Shown here: piece after piece, positions 40,514 through 52,028 of the stretch
Position numbering within the stretch: position 1 is the first letter of the stretch
Layout: every line of letters begins with the position of its first letter
Notes under the pieces: generated by a model
Database searches by the model: none
Told to the model about the DNA's origin: nothing
Seen by the model: only the letters and a program-made list of their open reading frames with translations
Position numbers and translations under genes: made by a program
Source: Marsupella aquatica
Taxonomy: Eukaryota; Plantae; Marchantiophyta
Direction of reading: 5' to 3'
Assembly (NCBI GenBank): GCA_973895155.1
Contig: OZ316893.1
Location: forward strand, 25,657,520 to 25,721,519
Length of the DNA: 64,000 nucleotides

Positions 40514-41189
40514 TGCGATCTAACCCAGTTGTCCTGACCTTGGACTCGGTAAATCTTTCACTAGCAGAGCCAAGCCGTGATAATGACGGTGAACATTAGC
40601 ATAAGACTGAAGAAGTTGTGGCGTCAACGACCATAGAAGCCAAACTATGTAAGCCTACCACTTCTTGGATCAATTGTGGCCCCTCAAGCTTGCAGATGCC
40701 GTTGTGAAGTCCGAGGGCCCATATTATGCCCTCGGGGAGCACAACTTCATCTCCAAGTTCGTCTGAATCCCAATCGAAGAGATTTCGACTGGTAGGTGCT
40801 GAGAGGAAATACGGCTGCCAAATTTCAGGTACGGTAGAAAGGCGGGGACCATAAGCCTATACAGATTACTTGCCCTGATCTTTCAGAAATCAGAAGCTCC
40901 GAAATCAATGTCGGCATGTTGCTTATGTTACCGCTCAACCCAAAGCTCGGACCTTCTTTTCTCAAGAAATCTTCTGAAAAACCACGAGCTCTGTAAGTTG
41001 GCCGCGCACATGGTATGTCAACGTTAGCTTCGATGTTGCTCCTCCCGATACCAGTACAATTCGTGAAATCAGATGAAGTACAATTCGTGAAATCAGATGA
41101 CGATTGGCTTTCGAAGGAGTGTTAATTTTGAAACTATGTACAGAAGACACCGTGACCGGGAGAGAAGGTCCCTCTGGTGAAGAGAGTCA

Positions 41190-41830
41190 ACGAAGTGGGG
41201 AAACCAAGAGCTAAGGAGCACAAAATCACCTAGACGGATTGCCCTAAACCGATTTCAGACTAACTGCTGCATTCAACGAAGAGAACGAAGAACTAAGGAG
41301 CTCAAATGCACCTAAACCGATTGACCTAGACCGCTATTTCAGACTAACTGTTGCATTTTGAACGCGAAGAACGACGAGCTAAGTAACCCAATTGCACCTA
41401 AACAGATTTCAGATAAACCGTTGCATTTTCAACGAGAAGAACGACGAGCTAAGCAACCCAATTGCACCTAAACAGATTTCAGATAAACCGTTGCATTTTC
41501 AAGGTGGAGAACCAAGAGCTGAGGAGCCCCAATTGCACCTAAACCAATTGACATATACCAATTTCAGACCAATGTTGCTGTTTTCTATCAGGAGCCCAAT
41601 TGGACCTAAACGGATTTCAGATGAACTATTTCGCTTTAAGCGCTCATGTTGTGGGCAGCAAAATGCAGTTTGGACATGGGTTGCACCTAAAGCAATTGAC
41701 ATATACCAATTTCAGACCAATGTTGCTGTTTTCAATCAAGAGCCCAATTGGACCTAAACGGATTTCAGATGAACTATTTCGCTTTGCAAAGCGCTCATGT
41801 TGTGGGCAGCAAAATGCAGTTTGGTCATGG
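41190..41830. repeat. Tandem repeat array (~70-bp units plus a ~150-bp duplication) between divergent genes
   Basis: Recurring gcacctaaac(a/c)gatttcaga...gttgcattttcaacg; 41533-41680 repeated at 41682-41830. Confidence 0.85.
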
Positions 41831-42107
41831 GCAGTAACTGTTCCGTCTTCGTTCATAAACCTTCCGTGAGTACCATGTCCCGCTGCCGCAAGACAGAATC
41901 GTAGGTAGGAACTTAGAACCTAAATCCCTCTCAGAAAGGCCTTTTTTCCTGAAATATTGTGTTCATCCAACGACTGGTCTGCGTTTCTGTCCCATCAAGA
42001 TGCCGAACTTAATGGTGATAAGAGGTTTTCGCTCTCCGAGAAGTTTTCTGAGAACTTGCCCTGACAGGGAATCTGGCGTGGCACCTGGGATATGATGTCG
42101 AGATCAG

Positions 42108-43376
42108 ATGCAGGAGGTGGCTGGAGAACGTGGCGGGTATCTTCATGGACGAGGAGGCAGGCCCCTTCTCTAACATCAATTGTTTTTTGAATTATTCGAA
42201 GGTGTTAGGTTCCCTCTGTTTTTTTAGATATTTGAAAGCTGGGGCCTCAGATTTGCCGTTGGGCTCGAAATAAATTAGACTCGATTTACGTTTATGTGTA
42301 TGCTTTGAGTAGAGGAGGAGGTTGTTCTTCATGGTGCAATGTGTTCTGCAAATAGTGAGCTTCTGGTTTTTTTTCACTTCATTGCATTTTTCATTATCAT
42401 AATTTGGGGGGTCGAGTTCTTAGATTTTCCAAGTGTAATTGTCCGGTAGTCTTCTGGGCCAGTTACTTAAATAGTGGATTGCTGATGCTGAATGAGAGAT
42501 CCTGTAGAGTGTCTTACTCAGCGATTTGACAGAATCTTCAGAAGAATTTGTTTAGATCCTTACCCCAAAAGTTGAAATTGTTACTTTGAACAGAAGATGC
42601 TGAACGTTTGAGACGCCGGACAGAGAAGCGAGCTTTTGCTGCATTTAAAATATCCTTTTCTAGTGTTTTTCTAAGTTTCTTTATGCAACATATTCTATCC
42701 TCTATGCTCCACTTGGTTCGTGTTGCCTGATGCATGTCTCTGCCGTTGATCTCCTTGACTTCTGTCAGCACAAAGCTGCAAGTCTGGTAGATTCATTACC
42801 TGCGCCGGTTTTACAGCCTCTCAGGGTGGAACCTAAACCTCATACTCGGATCCGGTAAGTGCCAGAGAATTCTCATCCCCCTTCAAGCTCTATTACAATT
42901 GATTGCCAAATGCTAGCCTTCTCTATGTTTTCCTGGCTTGTTAATTGTAAGAAAGATTTTGGGCATCACACCCTCGTCAATAGTCCAAGTGTATTGGATT
43001 ATATCCTTGTGTATCCTTGGTGTTTCGCTAATGATTGATTGCTGGATACAGTCAGCAGGTCTTAGTGAAAAGCATTGTTGAGATCAAACCGAAGCGTCAT
43101 CGGATCTCAGGGCCCACAGAGGCCACTAGTGGTCTGGACAGCAAGTCGAGCACATCAAATCCGTCAGGTGAGGCGCAAGTAAAAGTCCCTGAATCCAGTG
43201 CTACAAAGGATTCGCGTGAGCAACCAGCTAGGGAACATACAAATGGGGGTGGGATACTTGGTTTGGCTTATGAGTCTTCAGATGATGAAGAGAGTGACCC
43301 AGGCCCTGAAAAGGATCTATGGAAAGTTGTCTCTGCGCAATCAACAGCAGTATCAAAAAGTACCTCAGTGCAATGA
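42108..43376 (+). CDS. Small conserved plant nuclear protein, FAM192A/PIP30-like (~170 aa); exons 42108-42156, 42594-42649, 42772-42854, 43052-43376
   Basis: Spliced MQEVAGERGGYLHGRG-EDAERLRRRTEKRAFAAFK-KAASLVDSLPAPVLQPLRVEPKPHTRIR-QQVLVKSIVEIKPKR...GILGLAYESSDDEE; introns GC-AG (inferred), AT-AC and GT-AG keep the frame open. Confidence 0.8.
42650..42771 (+). other. U12-type (minor spliceosome) AT-AC intron
   Basis: 5' site ATATCCTTTT; branch point TCCTTGAC at 42752-42759; terminal AC at 42770-42771; phase-0 junction FK|KAAS. Confidence 0.93.
43001..43018 (+). promoter_or_regulatory. Tandem U12 5' splice-site motifs (USSE-like U11 snRNP-binding element) inside a GT-AG intron
   Basis: ATATCCTT gt GTATCCTT, 45-50 nt downstream of cryptic AG acceptors at 42950-42951 and 42954-42955. 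Confidence 0.55.
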
Positions 43377-44112
43377 ACTCTGAATTCTGAAGCCAATCCA
43401 CAAGATCATCGAATTTTTTACCCGATGCGTTTCCAGTACCCTACATGAATATACTTCCACGCAAGCAAAATTGTAGTGCTGTAAACTGTGCAATATGAAA
43501 GGGAGCTAGGTGACTGCAATGGTACTGTAGACATCAGAGTATCAAACGTCAGATAGTTATCAATTATCCAACGCAAGTCTGGCCGACATGGGCGACACTC
43601 AATTTCGGGATCATGTCACCAATGTGAAATGAAGGAGCAATGAGATTTCCGAGGACCTCATCTTAAGTACCTTAAAGTAATGAATTTGTCTCTCGTAAGG
43701 TAGTTTTGATGAGATCGCCGTTAGGATATATATAGTATGCCCTTGAAATTGTCTCGATAATTTGGTCCACCACCAGTTTTGAAAGAAGAAAGTTCTGACA
43801 AGCACTCTTTACCTCAGATTCTGAGAAGTTCCATTGATTGTTCTGTAATGCGTCCTTTATTCTTAGAGCTTCTGCACCAGTTTCCCAGCTGGGGGCTGCT
43901 GTCTGGACAAGTTTGAGGGGCCGATGCAGGCTGGTAACGGCACACCCTCCCCAAGAAGATAAGGATTACATTGATGGCTCCCTTACAGACCTGCGTTCTT
44001 TGCGCTCCTGCCTGAAGAAGCCAAACAAAGCAAAGGAATGTGAAATCCTGTCACAAAAGCCCAAGAGATAGCAGGGAATGTGGATATGGCGCACGACCTG
44101 AACATGTGGCAG

Positions 44113-44268
44113 GACAGGCAATGTAGATATGTTTTGCCATGGCAGGAAAACAATTTTAGCTATGGGGAGACTGCTCACACCCGTCACTCAAAGGCAATGT
44201 AGATGTGTTTTGCCAAGGCAGGAAAACAATTTTAGCTATTGGAAAATTGCTCACACCGGTCACTTAAA
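44113..44268. repeat. ~76-bp tandem duplication
   Basis: aggcaatgtagat...ctcacacc..tcact present twice. Confidence 0.85.
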
Positions 44269-45604
44269 GGGCAAGGGCAGTACAATGTGACAATTGACCT
44301 GGGGAGGAGGGAGGTTGGCATATTCACTGTTTATTTGGCTTTTTGTAGTTTGACATCTGGTGTATAGTTAGTAAGGAAGTCTTTTCGGTTGGTTTCGGCA
44401 GGGAGGTAGTAACCTGAGCAGCAGAGTATTCTCCATCCCACGATTTTCTATCCTGGCCTGTTGTTATGGTGCTGGAAGCGGATTCGTGATGGAGACGACC
44501 CACGCTTGCGATCATCGATCCACTGAAGCGGCGTAGCTTGCGTCATACGGCAATTCATTTCGTGCCTTGAAACATTCACAAAAGCAGCTTTCATCGTGCA
44601 TAGCAGCCCGCAACCGGGGACAATGCACGGTGGTGGACCGAACGTCGAGGTGTCGTGCAGCCGGTAGAGCCAGCGCCAAGGTAGAGGCCTTGCCGATTCA
44701 GTACCGAAAGGAAATTAACTTGACAACTTCTTTTTTGTAGCCATTCTGGAAGTATGGCATTGAACTGACAGCAGTTTCCTTGTCCTATTTGTTCTGCATA
44801 CCTGATTTACTGTCTCTAGTCTAATTAGTTCACCTGGTCTGGGTATCCTTTGCTTGTAGCCTACTCCACCCTCCTTCTAGTTTTACCCATTTTGTTCCTC
44901 ATAATACCTGTGATACCACCTTACCTTTGCACATATCATGACGTTCTAAAGTGGACCCTTGTTTGTTAGGTCTGATGCAAAACGTATATCCTTTCATTTG
45001 GACAAGTAGGTAGTCCAGGCCTTGCCCTGCCACCTGGCTATTTCCCCTGTCACCCTAGGTTCTTGCAGAGTACCTTTCATTCACCCAGCCGTCTCCCCTG
45101 TCACCCGTTGTTTCTCCCTCCACACAGACAAACAAGTGGATAAACAAATAACACAGTATATTTCAAACTGCCATAAAACAAAACGCACCCAACTGGGAAC
45201 ATGATATCACATTCTATTCCTAGAGCCTTCACTTACCTTAGGATGTCTTACATTTTGTAACATGTAGTTGAATGAATATCTTATGTAACTTATCAGATGT
45301 TTTAGACAGAACATAATTATTTATATAGGCCTTTGTTGGAGCACTTCACCCAAAATGCTCGTGAAGTGCTCCAACAACCTAAAAATCATCATCGCTGCTA
45401 TGATCTTCTCCGGTATCCTTTTGGTCAATGTCACCCGTCTCCAATGGCTCGTTGTCAATGTCCTCTAAGACCTGAAATATTCATTTTCATTCATTTCAGC
45501 CCTGTAGCTCTGCTTGCCATCAACTCTAACCCTCCTAAGATTGAGTGTTTGCCAATGATTTCAGATGGACATTCAAAAGGTTGCTTTATTTCTGCTTCAA
45601 ATGT

Positions 45605-48600
45605 TCAGGAAGAATCCTCAAGCTGAAGGGGAACGGCCATGACCCCTTGATAGTATTATTGTATTATCTCAAAAGAATGATTGGCAAGTTCTTACTTTCA
45701 TGTTTATATGGAGCAAACATGAAGGCTAGGCATGAGGAGCAACTTAAATCTGGATCTAGGAGAACTAACCTCGGAAATCTCTGATCCGTCAATGGAAGCA
45801 TCAAAACCAGAAAGTCCCGGTTTGAAACCATCTTCAATTTGAAAAGCATCTTTGGTGCTTGTTTTGGTACGAGATCTTGAGCTAAATTCTGAATTCAGAA
45901 TGGGGTTTGCCAAGGCTTTTAATCCACCATTAGTTGGCGTCATCCACTGCGTTGGTCCCTATCAGAGGCAGTACTTCTGTTCCATTACCCAAAGTTCCAA
46001 TTCTAGTCTCAAACATATTTATATTATACCCAAAGCTCAAACATTTGGAATCACAGGGATGATTTGATTTTTTTTAACAGTCCGGAAACCAGCAAATAAG
46101 TTGTGGACTTTTTGCAGGAAATTATAACGCAGTATTTTGACAAAGTTCTTGTCAACTCTGCACCACTACTGAGGTTTGTGATTGGTTAAGTGTGTGTCAT
46201 TTGATGCGTTTTCATAAAAGTACCTTTGGGAGCCCCCTAGAACTCTCTACTGTCATGTTATATTGTGCGGGTGGCTGATCAGATTTGGCACGAGGATCAA
46301 GAATTGTCTTGAAAGAATTGCCATCGAACCACTTCCAGAACATTGTTCCCTCTCCGTCAGAATCTTCTGAGCTCCCTGGATTAGGATTTGAACCACCCAC
46401 TTCTTCTCCACGTAGTATAGAAAGTTCCTAATGAAGAAACACACAGGGGGTTATTCTCACAAGCTAATCATCAAGAAACCAAGGAATAGAGGTAGTAATG
46501 CGTCAATGTCTGTGCTTGATGTTGAAAAGAATGTTAAAAGTTCTAAGTTGTCCCATTAGCATAAACCTCTTCATAGAGTTGACGCTGCAGACGACGCATG
46601 CGGCAATCAGCTTTGTCCAGTATTTCCTGCTGCTCTTGATTGTGTCCTTCCATTTGTGATTGAAGCAATTGTAGATTGCAAGACTTTTTGGTATATACTA
46701 CAAATAATGCTTGCAGATCTTTTTGGAGAGCTTCATACTTGTCCATATATGCAGGCCTGCTCCGATTCAACACAAAAAAACATGCAGGACTTGCATTACC
46801 ATATATCAACCTGGAAGTTCTATCCATTTGATTTGTTGCAATGTATTATTCAAAGTGTCTGATAAGGATGAGAGATTTTGTGAAATAAGAAGAAATGTAT
46901 TTCTTCGTTTCAAGCCTTAAAGTGGACCACATTGCCGAGAGACGACTAGCTCTTGGTTTTAATGTTAAACGATATTAGTAGGAGTAAATATCATCTTGAA
47001 GGATGGTCTCCCTGAGTGACATGTTTTGGATTTCTCTTACAAGGCTAATGGTGGCTTTAGTGTTAAACCATATTAGTAGGAGTACATATCATCTTTAAGG
47101 ATGGCTCCCATACATGTTTTGGATTTCTCTTACAAGACTAATAGTGGCTTGGAGAAAGGTTTGGAGTGATTTACAGTTGAGCAATATTTCAGAAAAGTAA
47201 TTCAAGTACAGGAAGTACATTACCTAACATTTTGAAGGGTAGAAAGACACTCCTCACCCCTTTCCAGCTCTAGGCGTCGCTTATCAACTTTACTTTGTAA
47301 CACTTCTTTGTCCTTTTTGACAGTTTCTTCATCTTGTTGAGCTGATGAAATACTTTCTAGCATGGTACTGATGGCTCCCCTCAATCCCTGTTCTATCTCA
47401 TCCATGTCCATGTTCATCATAGTAGCCCGTGATCTGGATTCCTGTCAAGAATGAAAGAGCCATCAATTTGTCCATATCAACAACTTCCTTTAATCTCATG
47501 TCATTTGGGTTTCCTGCTACAACAACTTACACTGATAGTCTGCTAAAGAACATTGGTCAAAGTGTATATGAGAATCACAAACTGGAGACATATGAATCAT
47601 TTCAGAAAGCCACTTTAGTCTCAAACAAACCTGGATCATGGGTTCTGAGTCAAGTAAGTCACATAAGGAGCTTCCATGCTTTGAAATCTCATTCACAAGC
47701 AGTCTTGTAGCTTTGACATCAAAAGCCTTGATTGATGAGCCCAGCTCCATAGTTTCATACTACCACACATCACAATTTTTCCGTTATTTATTTTCAACAT
47801 GTAAATTGCTATGGTGGCTGTCTCCTGCATTTCAGTGCCATAGAATGTGATGCAAAAGTACAAATGCGAGCAACTAGAATTTTTCTTTAGATCTTACTAG
47901 TATGTCCCTTGTCTTTCAAAATTTGTCTCTAATGATTGGTGTTTATAAATCCAATAAACACTTCCAGATGGGGGACAATAGCTTCAAATCAATATAAAGG
48001 ATGCATCTTTATGCATGCTTTGAAATTTTTGAAAAAGATCCTTAAGATATGAGGCAGATTTATATTACAGAAACAAACCTCTGATCTTGTGGCTGTGTTG
48101 GTTGCATTTTGCAACAATGAAGCAACTTTTAGGAGCTCTTTCACTGCATAGCCATCTGCAGAGTACAAACGCCTTGGATTCAACTTTATTCTCGCGCCAG
48201 ACAACTGAAGAGTGAGGATGTTGTTTTTCAGTCCAAGAAAACCAAAGGTGCTGAGCTAGCTTTAGAGTTTATCAAAAAAGCGTATCTAATACCTCTTCTG
48301 CTTAGAATCTTGAAGTAATCTTGACAAGGAGCCATACCATGATGTGAGTAGCTTGCTTGAGAAAGGCAACACGCCGCCCATCAGTAGATATGTCAAGGTC
48401 CAAGTCTATTGTGGGGTCATACCTGAGCAAGAACATCCCAGCATAAGTGGTCAAGGAATTGGATCATGATTAAACCCAGCTTGGGAGTTCATGAAAATGT
48501 AATTAGGAAAGGGTTTCAAGCACTTGATAAGACAAAGTGCAGCTTTCTGCGAGGATATTGTAATTATCCAAGACACAATAAAAATATTATCAAGTATGTT

Positions 48601-49243
48601 GTTAAGAATAAATGCTCAAAAAGTTACCTTGTCTCAAGACTGGGGTGAGAGATCATGGTTAAGTTAGGAGTTGTGTCATTTTAGTTCCACACAGGCAATC
48701 ACACATTTCACATATGAAAGCACAATTCCTTTGGATTTTGGCATGTTCAATTTTAGTAGCAAAATTTTTGAGTTGTCATATCTTTTTGTTTTGCTGGAGA
48801 AAAGTCTTCTACTGGATTTCAATTGGATGGAACTATTCCACTAATATGGCACAAGTGGCTTGTTTGAAAACTCTACAACATGGTACTCTAGTCTAGGACC
48901 CATACGTCAGAGAAGCTTAAACCTCATCATAATTTGAAGCAAAATTGCAAAACCATAGAATTTTGTCCATATGTTTTGGTTCATTCATGAGCTATTTAAG
49001 ATGGAGAATACTAATTGGTGTACATTCTCCATGTGGTTGGCAAGGTTTGGTGGTTGTTCATAAGTGGATGCCTTCAACACTATCATTGCTACAATTTGGA
49101 AAGCTAAAGTAGCTTGAAAGAGGAGAAGAACCTTAATAACAACCAATTCAAGCACTCAGCCACAAGTTCAAAGTTTGGGTACCGAAAACTCTCCATTGAA
49201 ACAAGCCCTGGAAATCCCAGTTTGTGCAATACTGCAACAAGCT
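45605..49243 (-). CDS. CLUAP1: Clusterin-associated protein 1 / IFT38 (IFT-B); exons include 49243-49132, 48422-48338, 48204-48079, ~47726-47631, ~47441-47224, ~46756-46568, ~46427-46224, ~45959-45770; start exon not located
   Basis: [87 protein letters not shown]; GT-AG introns. Confidence 0.92.
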
Positions 49244-51994
49244 CTGCATCTCCATACCACACTCCAATAATCAATAATGGAAAGCAAAAGGCACAAATCT
49301 GTTCATTGTTTTTTAACTACACAGAAGATGGTTCTACTGCATTACACAAAATTGTTTGTTGTACATATTTTGAATTTAACATTATTCTCCAAAGTTATCC
49401 TCATTCAAACACACATGAAGAAGTCGATGGTAGGTACTGCCCAAAAATTCATACAAAAGTAATAGTGTATTCGGCAAATTATATGTACCACGAAGATTGC
49501 TCACCTACAGTCCATTCAGCTACTTAGCAGTGCACACATTTCAACAACCCAGTGAAATCATAAGAAGCTTAAAAAGACAAACAGCAATATCTGACCCAAC
49601 GATTTAGGAGATCAAAAAGTTGCCAACTATGAGAGGAAAAGTGTTAGAATTCTAGTAATAATGTTCAGCTCCATGCAAATCCTATGATGGAGTATGGAAC
49701 CTGATCGGCAGAGATGAGAGGAATTTATGCAAAAGAAAAGTGTGAAAATAAGGTTCGTTGTGCAAACTAATATATGGAGTACTGGACTCTTATCTGTGAA
49801 CACATGATCATCAACAATAACTAACTTCAGTTTGAGAAGCTACAGTCACATTGATAGTTTACAATAAGTGGGAGTGTCAAATGTCACAAATGACTCGTTG
49901 TCTAAGATCAACTTTCACTCAGTCCTTGCATTCTTTTGGCACAGGGGCTGTCAAAATTAGGAGGATTTCCAAGTCAATAAAGACTCCATTGATAAATATG
50001 TGTATGCTGACAAAGGAGATAACTCAAATTTCTTTTCAGCTAGCTGTTCTAAACTACACATTTGAGCTGCCTCCAAAACAAGAATATATCATAGTTTGAG
50101 CCCTGTCTTTCAGAATTTCTAGGAGGCTATTGTATCATAATTAAATTAAATTGAATTGAATTGAAGATTTGAGGCCAAACCAAGGTTGGATCTTTCATCT
50201 TGATCCTCTCTAATTTGATCCTGGCATATGAGGGTGACAAGTCAACAAATTTCTAAGTGGAAACCTAATTGTGGGCTCATACCCTCTTGCAAACTTTGTT
50301 CAGCTTTGTGACTCAGGAACCCGAAAATAATAATAGCCTTATGCAAGTGTTGTTGGAAAAGGGGAGCATGTTAGTTCTTGTGAGTGGATGCCTATTAATG
50401 GATGACAGCTAAATCAATTGAGCTTGTTGTGGATGAAATATGACAAGGTGGGCAGGAAGAGATCTTACTCCTGATATCTGCGAAAGACATACTGCTGGAA
50501 AAGTTTCCACAATGTTGATTGAAGTCCCCTTTGCCCTAGTAGTCACCTCAAAAGTTAGAGTTTTCTACCCTTATGTACGCAGTGTATTAATTCAATTGTG
50601 CAATCATGCACAATTATAAATCAAGATCATCACAAAAGAGGGAAAAGTAGAAAATAATTTGAATAAGGCAGTACCAATTTTGCAGAGATGAGGAGGCTGG
50701 AAAAGTTAGCCCAAAAGTAGTTATAAGTAAAATGTTTGCTGTTGCAAGGTGACTTAAATTTCTGCATGACACCTAATTAAGAATCAAGTTGAGATCTATC
50801 CTTCAAAGATACACTGTCCACTGCAATAAGTGTTACACTAATTCTTATAAAGAAAGTTTTGGGCTCTACTCATGAATTAATGGCACTAACACAATTCTGT
50901 TATAACACTAATTCCACACTGCATGTATGTGTTACTTTATGCCTGGCTAGCATAAAAACCAGCCAAGGTGACTCCCTACTGGCCTATGGGGTAAGGAAAG
51001 TTGGCAACTGCATCTGCTTTGGTTTGCAGCCTGCTGGCTAATAGTCTTTGGTTGAGAGTAAGTTTAGTGGCTAATCCCAAAATTTAGCAGTGCACTCAGG
51101 TGGCAAATGGTAACTTGAACAGCTCCACTAGCTCATTCTTAGGAAACTCCGCTAGCTCATTGTCAACGACTACCAACTATGTACATTGCATGGTAATGAG
51201 CAGCAGGCGAACAACCCTTATCTTGCCTAGAGCTTGCTGGTGAATGGTGCCAGCCCTTGATCCTGATTTGGCAAATGGCTACCATTTTTCCGAGCCCGAG
51301 TATCATTAGCCCGAGTATCATTAGCCAGCCCATTTTCTAGGTAAGTTGTTGGTGAATTTTTGCCCACAAAAATATGGCTGCTGGCTAGTACAGCTGCTAC
51401 AGACTTGGCAGTTCTTGTGAGCTAAGGCACACTTGAAAGGATAGAGGATGGGTCCTGCACAAGCCCTAAGCCTGGACCATCCTTTAATTTCACTGTGCTG
51501 CATAGAGGATCACTAAGTCTGCACACATTTGACAATATTGTAATTTTTATTGTGGAGCGAACTGGCACAGTATAGGAGAAAAGTGAATGAGATGTGAAAA
51601 TAGGGGGAGGTCTTGGACACCTCCCCCTCATATATGGCCAGTGGTGGTAGTTTAGTTTTACTTGAAAAGGGCAAATTAATAAGGGGCAGGGGCAGCCATT
51701 TTTGGAAAATTTGCAAAGATGAGAACTAGCTCTTAAAGCAGGGCAGGAATTCTACAATACAGACACACATGAAGTCTAGCTATGGAGTACTGATAATCAA
51801 TAGTCCAGTCATTCTGGCAAATGCTCCAATTTAGCCTAGAAGTCTAGATATGGAGTACTGGTAATCAATTGTCCAGTGATTCTGGCAAATGCTCCCCCAC
51901 AATGGATTCCATGGTGGCGAATGACACAGATTCTTAGAAAAATTTAGCTGAGTATCACTCGCATCCTTGTTTTTAAGTGATTGGCACAGTTGTG

Positions 51995-52028
51995 CCCACG
52001 CAAAAATGCGGGTAGAAGGAAAAACTAG
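51995..52028 (+). mobile_element. Helitron-like 3' terminus
   Basis: GC hairpin cccacgca-aaaa-tgcggg, then 12 nt, then CTAG followed by T; 5' end not identified. Confidence 0.55.

Noticed and set aside
42093-42098. Selenocysteine codon (TGA-TGT, U-C)
   Set aside because: Land plants are not known to have Sec machinery and no SECIS was recognised.
44843-45422. Isolated RTATCCTT motifs (44843, 44987, 45413; also 19610, 37038)
   Set aside because: No identifiable host exon or matching branch point and acceptor; single 8-mers are expected by chance in 64 kb.
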